Assembly: GCF_000150275.1 (NCBI RefSeq)
Contig: NW_002060946.1
Location: 4,545,454 to 4,609,453 of the forward strand
From: Trichoplax adhaerens
Lineage: Eukaryota > Animalia > Placozoa
Reading direction: 5' to 3'
Length of the DNA stretch: 64,000 nt
Positions 30,301 to 43,500 of this stretch are shown in pieces. A program made the translations under genes and the position numbers. The first letter of the stretch is position 1, and every line of letters begins with the position of its first letter. Below the pieces are notes generated by a model. The model saw only the letters and a list, made by a program, of their open reading frames with translations, had not been told where the DNA came from and ran no database searches.

Positions 30301-30999
30301 ATCATTAGTAACTCATAGGAACGGAAAAAAGACTCGCCGCTAAACGACCGCTTGCTGTCTGTCCGTCCACCAGCAACGTTCTTTCTCTCATGATATTGCC
30401 ATGATTGAATATTCAATCACACTGACTAGATCATCAGTAAAAGTGGCATAATAAATCTTTGATTATTACAACTTGAACTTGAAGTGAGTCATCAATCTGG
30501 TTGTTAGTGATTGTAAAAATTTTAATTTTTACTTCTGTCGCAGCTGCCATGCCATTTATTGCTTACGACGGTAGCTACATATTTTGAAGAGCGTGATGTG
30601 GTACAGAATCGTTTCAACGTATTTTATATAGTTCTTAACGCATGCGTTAGCTCACGTACGCGCACGCTAATGTACAGCATATAGGAAGCGAGTAGATGGT
30701 ATACATCATATACTGTCTATAACGTTTATTGCATGTATATTCCTAATAACTCACGCAGTATTTTAAATATTTTTGAATATATAACACTAGATCAGTCTCT
30801 ATTAAATATGTTTCAAGTTCTTCAAATAAAATTAAAGTCAGTTCAACATAGTTATTTACAAAATTGAATGCGTCAACAGTTGTGAAATGTCTTTAGTAGA
30901 GGGTCGTAAACGCTTGGCACATGCAAGTATAGAAACGTACAGAATGGTAATATAAACTAAAAGCGTACTGTAAGGCGCTAGCAACCATTGCATAGGAGA

Positions 31000-32030
31000 T
31001 CCGCTCCTATCCGTTAGATAGGTGTACTGCAGTTCTTGATTTATTTTAGTCATTCCGATGCAGGGATTACTGTACTACAGTAAAGAAAAGCTACGGTAGT
31101 ATCCACTAACCAGTATAGTATATAGCACGCAAAGTATAACGAGCGAGGGATCTACTAGGAGACAGAATATTACCTATTTCTAGGCACTTTTTACTTAGTG
31201 AGAGGAGTAAAAAACAGTAACTATAGTACGCATTAAATAAAGTCCATATGACAAAAATTCCGCCTATACGACTATAGTTTTTATCCGCTATACAGTATAG
31301 GCGTATTGCAGTTCTTGATTCATTTTAGCCATTCCAATGCATGAACTACAGTACTAAAGAAAAGCTACGGTAGTATCCACTAGGCCACTACTCAGTAAAG
31401 TATATAGCACGCAAAGTACTGTATAATGAGCGAAGGGTCCACTAGTCGACAGAATATTGCCTATTTCTAGGCACTTTTTACTTGGTGAGAGGAGTAAAAC
31501 AGCAACTATAGTACGCACTAAATGAAGTCAATATGACAAAAATTCTACCTATACGCCTATAACTCTTATCCGCTATACAGGTGTATAGCAGTTCTTGATT
31601 CGTTTTAGTCATTCCCATACTTAGTATAGTATATAGCACGCGAAGTATAATAAACGAAGAGTCCACTAGTCGACAGAATATTGCCTATTTCTGGGCTTTT
31701 TTTACTTGGTGAGAGGAGTAAAATAGTAACTATAGTACGCACTAAATGAAGTCAATATGACAAATATTCTGCCTATACGCCTATAGCTCTTATCCGCTAT
31801 AGGCGTACTATTGTTGATTGTTGATTCATTTTGATCATCTTGATTCTTGATTCATTCATTCATTTGATTCATTTGCTGTAGTACCCACTACCCAGTGCAG
31901 TATATAGCACGCGAAGTGTAACGAGCCAAGGGTCTACTAGTAGACATAATATTGCCTATTTCTAGGCATTTTTTACTTGGTGAGAGGAGCAAAACAGCAA
32001 CTACACACCAAACGAAGTCAATATGACAAA
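31000..32030. repeat. Tandem array of ~4 copies of a 225-290-bp unit
   Basis: Anchor GACAGAATATTGCCTATTTCTAGGCACTTTTTACTTGGTGAGAGGAGTAAAA with CCTATTT at 31173, 31460, 31684 and 31955; GCAGTTCTTGATT at 31029, 31308 and 31588. Confidence 0.93.
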
Positions 32031-32849
32031 ACTTGGAAAAATTTTGTACTAGCACCCCCTCGTCTTGAGTCTTTATTTTAGGGTCTCATTTTATGAATAG
32101 CAAATGTGCATTACAGGGATAAAATGGGATTGAGAAAGGAGCATTTCTTTAACGGATATTGTCGCTATCCGTCAGTAGACAATGATAGTAATTAGTAATT
32201 TTATAGACGTACGTATGGATGTAGGGTTAGGGACTCCCAACATTAGCAACGCTGCACAACACCTTCCCATTTAGATTACTATTCGTGCTAATGAAGGGGC
32301 ACATCTGTTCATATCACGTAGTTTTTGTCATCGGCAGTGCGTCTAAAATGATCGTTGGATTTGACGTATAACTGTAACACCAATAAATTACTAGAGAAAT
32401 TTATTCTACTGCAGACATGATGACAAGCTTGTCAGTCCATATTAAGATGCTTTTTTTATACAATATCGTAGAATTCCTAGAAAAACTTGATTGATGGCCT
32501 TCGATCGATTGATTCTGGCACTTGAGATCAATTTATCTGTCGGCAATTGTAAACTCTTCAAATAGGATGACTATAGTATAACAAGTTTAAAGTTGTATCA
32601 CCTATCCAAAATCCTTTTTACGCCTGGAATAATCGAATAATAACAGTCATGCTTGACACTGTACGCGATAAATTCCAAGACTTTCCTTCACCGTCACTTT
32701 CTGTCATGGAGTTTGCCTTGATCAGTCTGACTGTATTAATTAAGGAATAATTTTATCGCCTATGTCAAGCGATAATGATCCTAATTCATTCTAATTCGCG
32801 TCTAATCTGTGTCGAAGGCTTGCTTAAAATAAGCACACATTAGATGATG

Positions 32850-33240
32850 AATATTGGTACAATATTGGACGGAATGAATAAAATCAATCAGTTAAGACCC
32901 TGATTATTAAATCAAATTAATAATTCGTATTGACATAAAACTTGGGGCAGGATAGGCAATATTGACTTCCAGAATAGACGCACGCTAAATCGCTCATACA
33001 ATTAAAACCGATCACGTAAGATTGGGCCATTATAAATGGTTAATTATTGACATAAAACTCCCAAAAGGATATACAGTATTTACTGTTAGCAATATTCCGA
33101 TTGGCTGTGACTGTCCCTGATTCTTATCTTACCAATGAAAGAGCGACCACATTATCGGTTGCAGATGCTCCAAGTCTGTTTTAATGATGATAAACCTCTA
33201 GCATATTGGCAGATTGGCGTATACAGTACAGTAATAAACT
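32850..33240. promoter_or_regulatory. Cluster of CCAAT/ATTGG boxes, a possible promoter for the kinesin gene
   Basis: ATTGG at 32853, 32864, 33021, 33100, 33205 and 33213; CCAAT at 33132; TACAGTACAGTA at 33222. Confidence 0.35.
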
Positions 33241-34559
33241 ATGCGTATCTAGTCCAGTAGGGTCAAGACAAGTCATGGCCTATTTATAATAATAATTACG
33301 CTAAAGCGTTTTTATTTTGAAATGTAATTACTTTATTACCCACCATATCTTCCGTTGAAATCATCAAAGAGAGCCTTTTTAACCCCCATTTTACCGACAA
33401 AGAACCGTAATGTCAACTTTTAGCATTGTTTCGTTCTTGATACGGCACGCTACAAGAATATCGATTTAACATTTCTGATTACTGCCGGTGACTACACTAG
33501 TCCTAACACCCTACCTGTCCCTATTTGCCCCTTCTTGTCATTTCTCTTTTACTATCCTATGTTGTTAAGTAGTCCAATAACAACACAACAACTTGCCCGT
33601 TGTTATAACAAATCTAAAGATTATACGAAGGAGAAAAAATATGGTGCTGATTTGTCCATACTATTATTACGCGCAGTAGGTAGCCACAGCGATTCTAAGC
33701 GCTAGATCCCTTCCAATCTAAAGTAGAAACTATAAAGCAATAGATATTCTATCAAACTCATGGCAGTGAGTAGAACACATTCCTATTGCTGTACCATTTC
33801 GTATCTTGCTGAAAAGAATAAGCTTGAAGGGCTTTTTATGTCAACAATAAATTGCTTTCTATTATCCATCTTGATTACATAAGTGGCATCTACGCATTAA
33901 CAATCGTGCGAGCACAAATAAAGTATTATTGCAGTTGGATAGAGTACAATTACTTGAATGAGAAAGAATTTTATCCTTTCATACTAACATCAACTTGTGT
34001 CAATTTTATAGATTATCATCCATACCCCTCGATTCATTGGCTTGATGCCTAGAAAGTAGCTTGGACTCCCCCCGTATGAAGGAGGAACAAACAGCGAGTT
34101 TAAAGACTTATTTCATTAGCAAGTTTGGTAGTCGACAGGAAGAGACTTACACATACACCCATCCATAAAATTAAGAAGAAAAAAAAATTCCAATTCATCG
34201 ACGTAATACAACGTCAGCGATCGGTAAGTTCTACTATAGCCAATCCTCATACACTATTCCAACGATAGTATAGTAATATAGTTAATGAGATTTATTATCT
34301 AAGCAGATTCATATCATACCATTTAATTGATTAATAATCCGCTTTCTCACCAGGAATCCATTATCACTTTACTACTGTACTCTCAACATAGCCATCGTCA
34401 GCGACTGTCGTCAAAAAAATATATTTTTTCAACTCTGGACAAACCGATCAAAGTTATCATGCTGTATTAATGGTTTATCGATCTCAATCGATCGATCCAG
34501 CTATAAATTGATTATTTAATATTCATCCTTATTGCATTGAATGAAACCATCTTCAAATC

Positions 34560-37500
34560 ATGTCGAACGATGTAAGTACTCTATACATAGATTGATCAAT
34601 CATGCAAATGGTACGCTTATTGTTTCAAGATTAAAAATGAGATCATTCTCATTGTATCATTATAATCTGACATTGACGAATGGAGATTAACATCTTCACT
34701 TTCTTCCTATGTCTTCAATCTTGCATCATTATTCAATTGAAGCCATCTTGAAGATATTTAATCAAATCATTTTCTTATTTATCATCGATTTAAAACGTAT
34801 TAATCTATCATTATCATGTTGTCGATATCAACTTATGCGTCTATGGCGATCAGTACTATTGAATCATAGCAATCGGCGTAAAGCAAAGCTCTTTCTTTAA
34901 ACGAAACCCTATTCTAGACTTAAATTCATCTTTTTCCTTCTTTTACATCATGATTTATCACCCTCTTATCGTATAAGATAGATCTTATCAAGATGATGCT
35001 CACATTTTATTGCAATAGATAAATAATAAGGTAAAAATTTGATAAAGATAATTAACTCTTAATAAGATCTTCAATTCAATCTAGAGATCTTTAGTACGAC
35101 ATCTTTCTTTTCTCAACGTTAGTATTTTGAGGAATTAATAGCATGACAATTTAGATATCAGGACTAATGTTAACGAAATGAATTTAAATTGGGAGTGTAT
35201 ACCAGTCCTTAATTAAAAACGTAGATGTCCTTTTCTAATCGCAAAAATAATAGTACATAGCATCAAGAGATAAATACAAAAACAATAACCAAATCAATAG
35301 TTTTTAATCTACACTGCAAGTCCTTGAACAGCCACAAGACAAACACGAATGCTTTTGAAGTAATCAATGTATGGAAAGGTAGAGTAACGATTCAATAGCA
35401 TTAAAATATAGCTGGCATCAATTAACATCAATACACTATATCAGATAATGTAATGAATTCTTGGTGAAAATCGTCGTATAAATCATCACCGGCAATCCTT
35501 TAGGACCAGAATTAACAAATTGATATTCTCGATTCTTTTTCAAAACATATTTCTCTCTTCATTCACCTAAAACAAGACATTGAAGATCAACGGTAGACAT
35601 GTTTATTTCATTATCATGATTAAAAGCTGCAATATCAGTTTGTCTAAAGTTATACCCTGCAGGCAACTGTATTGTAATAACTTTTAGGCGCCATTAAAGT
35701 TTCTAAAGTAAATGGGATAAATATAATAGATAATATCCCTGCATTGATTCAGTCCTTAGTAGTTTTTGTTAAGCATATTTTTATATAGTATTCAATAAAT
35801 TTTATACCCCATCTTTAAATTAAATCTATTTTATTAGCATTGACCAATGACCCGACCCTTAGAACAGTTTAGCAATGAATGGACTTGAATTCTTTAGTCA
35901 TCATTGATACATTTTTCCAATTTTATAGAAATCATAACGGCACAAAGAAATGCCGGTTTTAACTAGACTAGGCTGAATCAGGTGTTGAATGTTGACTATC
36001 GACAATTGAATAGTATTTTTACAAATTTTTAATAATTTCATATTAATCTCCAGAGAAAAGATATTATTATCGACATGNNNNNNNNNNNNNNNNNNNNNNN
36101 NNNNNNNNNNNNNNNNNNNNNNNNNNNNNNNNNNNNNNNNNNNNNNNNNNNNNNNNNNNNNNNNNNNNNNNNNNNNNNNNNNNNNNNNNNNNNNNNNNNN
36201 NNNNNNNNNNNNNNNNNNNNNNNNNNNNNNNNNNNNNNNNNNNNNNNNNNNNNNNNNNNNNNNNNNNNNNNNNNNNNNNNNNNNNNNNNNNNNNNNNNNN
36301 NNNNNNNNNNNNNNNNNNNNNNNNNNNNNNNNNNNNNNNNNNNNNNNNNNNNNNNNNNNNNNNNNNNNNNNNNNNNNNNNNNNNNNNNNNNNNNNNNNNN
36401 NNNNNNNNNNNNNNNNNNNNNNNNNNNNNNNNNNNNNNNNNNNNNNNNNNNNNNNNNNNNNNNNNNNNNNNNNNNNNNNNNNNNNNNNNNNNNNNNNNNN
36501 NNNNNNNNNNNNNNNNNNNNNNNNNNNNNNNNNNNNNNNNNNNNNNNNNNNNNNNNNNNNNNNNNNNNNNNNNNNNNNNNNNNNNNNNNNNNNNNNNNNN
36601 NNNNNNNNNNNNNNNNNNNNNNNNNNNNNNNNNNNNNNNNNNNNNNNNNNNNNNNNNNNNNNNNNNNNNNNNNNNNNNNNNNNNNNNNNNNNNNNNNNNN
36701 NNNNNNNNNNNNNNNNNNNNNNNNNNNNNNNNNNNNNNNNNNNNNNNNNNNNNNNNNNNNNNNNNNNNNNNNNNNNNNNNNNNNNNNNNNNNNNNNNNNN
36801 NNNNNNNNNNNNNNNNNNATTGATTATTTATGCATCCTATATGTTACCATGCCTAATATTGGGTAAACTTAAGGTAAAGAGAAAACATAGTTTAAATCTT
36901 CAATCACTTTACGATATATGAAGAAGCAAGAAGTGATTTTAAATATTTCAAATCGTAAGCATAGATAGTATTCCAACATGCCATTCAATAATTATTTTAC
37001 ATAATACTGTTGATCCTTTTAATCATTCTAGAATTATCATCATTTATTGCAGGTATTATGATATGCGATAGAATTCCCTTACTTTCTATGAAATTAATTG
37101 AAAGTAATGAGATAATAAGCATCCTATTTCAATTTTTAAGGCAATCCTTACCTACTTATAATTATCGACCAATAATAGATATTCTCTAGGGTACGATATT
37201 GATGTCGAATATAACGATATAAAGTCAACTTTAGTAATTTAAGGTACTAGCCTTGTTTATTCTAGTTCTACTACCTAAAAAATAATACCTTGACAATTAA
37301 AAGGCTATTTTGACTCTATATGAGTAAAAACATCTCTACAATTTCCCTACTGGGCATTTACATGCTTGACGTTAATGCATAGACATGATGCCTTTGCTAC
37401 CCGCTGTTAAAATTAATATCTATACTTACTATCGAATTGTCATGACTAATCAAGATTTCATCTCGTTTTACTGGACATTATTTTGTTTTATATCGTATTT

Positions 37501-40500
37501 TTATTGAATATTTAAATTGATTAAAAAGGTAATCAGATGAGTTTCGTTTTTTGTGATTCAAATGATATCTTCGAATATAAACTATTTAAAGCTATCACAA
37601 AACCTTAAAATTAACTAAAACAGGTCAATTGATCGAAGATCATAAAGAATACCAGTATTTCGATGTTGTATTCTATCTAATTTCTAATACTACTTACTAA
37701 TGCATATGATTAAGATAACCTATTCCATTTGCCAAGAGTCAATATAAATTACTATATAATTTATAGTAAATACTGCTGATTGTAAAGAATGTCATGGCAG
37801 TAATAATTAAATGGGTATTGAATATTGTATTATCTAGGACATATGATTCTACGAGTAAGATGCAGACGAATAAAATTCCCCTATTAATGCTAGTATTAAT
37901 ATTAAATTCCGCCATAAAGGGAAAATTAAATAGGCAATGATGGTTATATTCGAGTTTCCAATCAGTTGTTCATCTTTAATTTGGTCTTACTTCACAGGGG
38001 GAAGTAAAGAGCTATACAAGTGTAATGATTTATCATTGCTCAAGGATGTTTTACGCCTAAGTTTTTTTAACCGATTATATCAGCAAGAGAACCACATAAT
38101 AACCGATTTCAATTTTTCTAAGAAATTAGGGAACTCTTTTATAAGATTTGTCGATTTCAATCTTATAAATTGTGAAATTAAAGAAAAATCCATTATATAT
38201 ATCTACAGTATTGTAAGGAGTCGTTAATAAATTGACAATCCTTTCAATAGATCATATTCACCATAGACAATATTGATTTTAATCTCTCTACAGTAATACG
38301 AAAATCCTCAATTATATATACCGCTTATGACAACTTAAATAAATTATATCATATGCCACTTGATATATATTTTAATCAGGAGTAACTCTTCCAGTATCAG
38401 CTTAACAATAATAACGTCATACTGCAGATTTGATAAATTAATAAAATGTACAGGAAAATATACGTTACTATATTATAATCCAATTTTGAGTATGTCTATT
38501 TTTTAGACTTACTCGTTATTTATATATTTGTGAATAGGATGCATCCACGTTAGTATCTTATACAAATTAATAGCTGGATAGATAAAAGATTCGGTGCTAT
38601 CTCGCCAATCCTGCTTCAAAAATATCTATAGTAGTGATCCATTTCGTTATCATACTGCACTACTGCCCAAGCAACATTCCATTCTTGATAATGAATTAAA
38701 GTGGTACCTGTGAAGAGGATATATCCGGGCTAAAAGTCAGTTACTAGTCTGTTAACTCCATGCTCAGATAAAAAAAATAACAGTTATTCCTGAAAAAAAG
38801 TTCAATCGTTCCATCTATAAACGGAAATTTGCATTTGTGTTTTACGCTCTTCCCATAACTCGCTGATATCTCTGTCTTCTTAGTATTTTATAACCAACCG
38901 CTTTTCCGGTAGAACATTGTTTAAACAACAATGTGAATTCCAATCTGGGTGGGAGGTTACTAAAATGATTGTTTTAATTACCTTAGCATCTACAATCGAA
39001 TCACAACTTGATTAATGATGCAATCTTGCTACTTTTAGGCGAAGGTGTATAAATTAGAGTTAGCTCATTTATCGATAAAACTAATGGAACAATAAATACT
39101 TCAATATTAAAATTAATACGATAATTTGTAGTTTAGTTACGAAAAATATTGAAGTATCAAACTCTCTATCGTATCAATTACTTATAGTTTATAGTCCTTC
39201 AGCTATATTAATTAATCAGTTATTAAGGCCAAGTTTAAGTTAAAACTGTTATAGAAAAAATCACACGCCTTGTCTTTTGTAGACGTTATGGATTAATCAG
39301 TGTAAAATATTGATGCTAGAATATTATCCCAAATTAATATGTTAGACGAAGTCAATGTAACCAAAAATCTTCTAACCCTTATATTTTGAGGTTACTATGA
39401 ATGGATACCAGACAAGTAAATTTCATCTATAATGTAAACTCATCAATTATTTTGAAAAAAAGACGTAAATACCATTATTTGAATTCTTCAGTTACAAACT
39501 TAAAGGCTGATCCACTTTAATCAATTTATTATTTTAAACATATATTATGTTTCTATAGCCGGTAAGTTAATCTAAATACAGATAAATATAGCTATTATTT
39601 ACCTACTAAGCACAGCCGTTTTCACTGAGTATAGAATAGGATTTAGTCTTGATAAATGTAATTACGATAGTATTTGTGAGACCAATGTTGCCTCAGGCTA
39701 CATTTTTGCATGAATCTATATTATCATCAAATAATTGTTTTGCATCAATATTGTGTATTTTAGATTGGTAGGATATTGTTAGATATATGGATAGCAGGTT
39801 CAAATTTTTGCTCTTTTTTCCTTTGTATTGTCGTAGATCTTAGCCGATCAGCCTTGGCTGAAAAAATTTCGAAAGAGAAGCAACATCTCCATGTATTCTA
39901 CAGTGGCAGTAACGGATCCATCTAATCGCCGTAGTGTTACAGATTGGAGGAAAGACATCGATTTAAATAGTAGTAAGTAGTTTAGTTATTTCTACGTAAA
40001 GCAATATTTGATAGAATTTTATCGCGAGTTTGATGAAAGGTATTGAAAAATGTTTAATCAGTTCTTTTTATCCCTGAAACTATTGATTTATCTGTCTAAA
40101 GCTAAGCTTAAATAAATCATTTGTTAATATACTATACTGATGCTAAAGCTTTAAAAATGTTTGTGTACAAGATCTAATTCAGTCAATACCTAATTACATT
40201 TATTAGATTAATATTGCATCTATTATTAAATTAAATTTAAAATTCGATACACTAAAATCTAGATTATCGAATTTCTTGTAGAACTTGATGCTACATTTTC
40301 AGTGCTATGTACTGCTACATTATTCTTAGTTCACCTTTTATATGACAACTAGTCATCTTTCCAACTACAAATTGACCATTATTATTAATTTTGCTGATAT
40401 AAATATCGAATTGATATGCATATAAATTAATTTAGCCCAACCTTAGGCATCTATATAGTATTAAAGCATACACATTTTTATATCGCCATATAGTTACTGA

Positions 40501-43500
40501 TTAATTAAGAATAGTTATGATTGCACGCGTATATAATTAAAAAGCTGATATTTGTACAACTACATCATTAGTATAGTATTCAGGTAAATCGTAAACTCGA
40601 GTTAAAATATAGGATAGTTGTAAAAGATACATTATAAATAGCTAACTACTAGTTACATGTCCTAATGGCTATGTATCATTTTCAAATATAGGTCAAACAG
40701 CACTCGATGATGAATACAGCCATAACAGTGATCATAACTATAAAAATCATGATGTGCCAGATATAAATGTCCATCAATACGAAGTCCATGGGCAATCGCC
40801 GATATATCGCGATCAAGAAAAATTTTATCAAACTCCTCCTCAGATGAATGGTACACATTGCTCTCGCCAAGAATATGAAAGTATGAAACATAATTTAAAA
40901 CTGTTGAAGAAAGAAAAAGAAGAAATGTCTTTTCAACTGAAGGTAATACGCGTATAACTGTAGTCGATGGAGTAAAATTTATTTTTCATTTAGAAATTGA
41001 CAGTAAATTCCGTGAATCACCCACTGTTAACGACGGCGTATAAAATAAATTGCACAGTAATTTTAATAAAGGCACTGTTTGCATAAATGACTATAAAATG
41101 CTACCTATTATAAATCGACTTATTAGATCTCATTTCTTTCGTTTTTAGAATTTCCGAGATAAAAATCAAAATTATAAAGCAATGCTATATAAAGAAGTTA
41201 ACGATAAAAAATCTCAGATTAAGCTAATTAAAAGCACGCATGAAGCCTATAGGATTGATCAAACGAAATTGGTCTTTAAGTTACAAGATATCATTCATAA
41301 ATTAAAATCTTATAACGCAGCTTTAGAATCCAAAATTCGTGGTGAATGCTTGGATAATAGCATGAGACCTATTAGTATTGATCCATTAATTCAATCCATA
41401 AGTGAGCTGCAAGCCGACAAAATGGCACTTATTGAACAATTAATGACCACAAAAATAGAATTAGAAAATGTCAAAAGGGAATCAGCAATAAATATGGATA
41501 TGTACAGCTTGCCAAGGGAGCACAAAAGACTATCGTTAGATTTGCAATCGGGATCATTTACCTCAATGTCGACGCCCTTAACAAGTCCAGTAGCTGTAAG
41601 GCCTCCAACGCCACCTGAGGTATTCCATGATCTGAATTGTAGAGTATAATATCTTTAAATATACTTTCAAACCATACTATAATATTTTCCCTATGGAAAA
41701 ATAACGAGGATTATGCCCAAAATATTTCATACAATTATTGATACTACGATTGTAAGATATTAAAAATGAAGAATAACAATATGCCTGATATTTCTATAAG
41801 TAATTTACCATACTACTGCTCATTCGTGATTTACAGGTACCAATAATTCATATTATTGATGAAGATACTAAACAAGTAACAGCATTAAGGGAAGAAATTG
41901 ATATTCTAAGGATCGATATAGAGCATTATCAAGGTAATGTAAATGTCGTCTATACTATTATACAGTTAAAGAAACATTATCCGCTATAATTTGATGAAAT
42001 TACCCTACATAATGTAAATAGCAATTTGCTAAATGGTATAGCCAAGACCTAGGTTAATTTAAGTTTATGTGCCATGATCATCTTTTAATAATTCCCACTG
42101 TGATATACTCGCTTAGTTAATTCCATCAAGCTTCTTTTACCAGTCGAATTCCTTTATTTTTATATTATTGGAGATTTTATTTTAGGTGGTAATTTATTTG
42201 ATTACAATCGTGGAACTCTTTCTACTTCTTTAAATAAAGATATAGTTGATGTAATCATAAGTACAGAATTTAAAAGATCAGGAGCTAAAAATTCAAATAC
42301 CGTAGCATAACTACATGAGTATATAAGTAAAAAGGTCCAACTTTAGTCTTATCTTCAATATTTTAGGAAAAAATAAATTTCCAAAAGATTGATGGTTTAA
42401 CACATCATTGATAATTATAATGATTTAACTTCGGATTATTTCAATTCTAGAACAAGTTGTCGACAAAGAAATCACCGAAGCTGAAAATTCTGAATTGAAA
42501 CAAAAACTAAGTCTATTGAAGACTCGTCTAAAACAATTAAGAAGATCTGCTGTAACAGCTGACAATCATACAGATGGTGACCTAGTAAGTGGAATAAATT
42601 ATTGCATTAAACGAGTATAATGTAATGCTAAGAATTTTTTTATACTATGGCTCAATCAAATGAAACATTGCCTTATTATTCGATAAACTGTTTCTTACTC
42701 TTTACCTAACTTCTATCTTATATTCGATAGCTCTCTTCACCTGATAACAGTGAAGATGAAGCGGCAGCCAAAGCTTCATCGACCCGAATCAGACGATTAA
42801 GTACTTCTAATTTAGATAATTACGTAAGTTATGATCATATTCATGATGAGTCTAAAATTTAATACTGTTCTCAATAGAATTTGAATGATTTTGTACGTTT
42901 ACGATATCCTATCTGTAGCAAATTACATTCGATGAAACTGCTAATGACACTGCACAAAATCAACCAACCCAAAATGACAGCAAGGATCATCAACTTTTAA
43001 CTGATGACTTGACTAATGAAATAATAGAATTGAAAAAAGTTATCGTCAGTAGAGACGAAGAGTACCAATCAGAAAAATTAAAAATTCAAGATGAAAAAAA
43101 TCAACTGGCTGAGTTGGCCACAGAAAAGGATCAAGAGATTTCTCATTTACAAGAAATTTTGAGGATCAAGAATGAGGAAATAGTAAATGAAAAAAATCAG
43201 TTAACCTCATTCATATCTTTAAAAGAACAGCAAATAGAACAAATAAAGGATAGTTTTAATAAAGAAAAAGAGGACAGCATTCAGTCTCAATTTAGACAAG
43301 AAAGATTACTGTCAGAAAAAGATGAGGAATTAATTGATATGCAAGGGGAATTATTAGCTGCCAGGAATACTATATCGGATACACTAGCTGAAATGGATGA
43401 ATTAGTTAACTCTAAAAATGAAGAGATTGAATTCTTACAAGAAGAGGTAATGGCAATAGCAAGTTTACTTACGCATAGTGATCTACAAATTTTATCTTTA

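Noticed and set aside
36075-36866. 263-aa ORF
   Set aside because: Artefact of the N gap.
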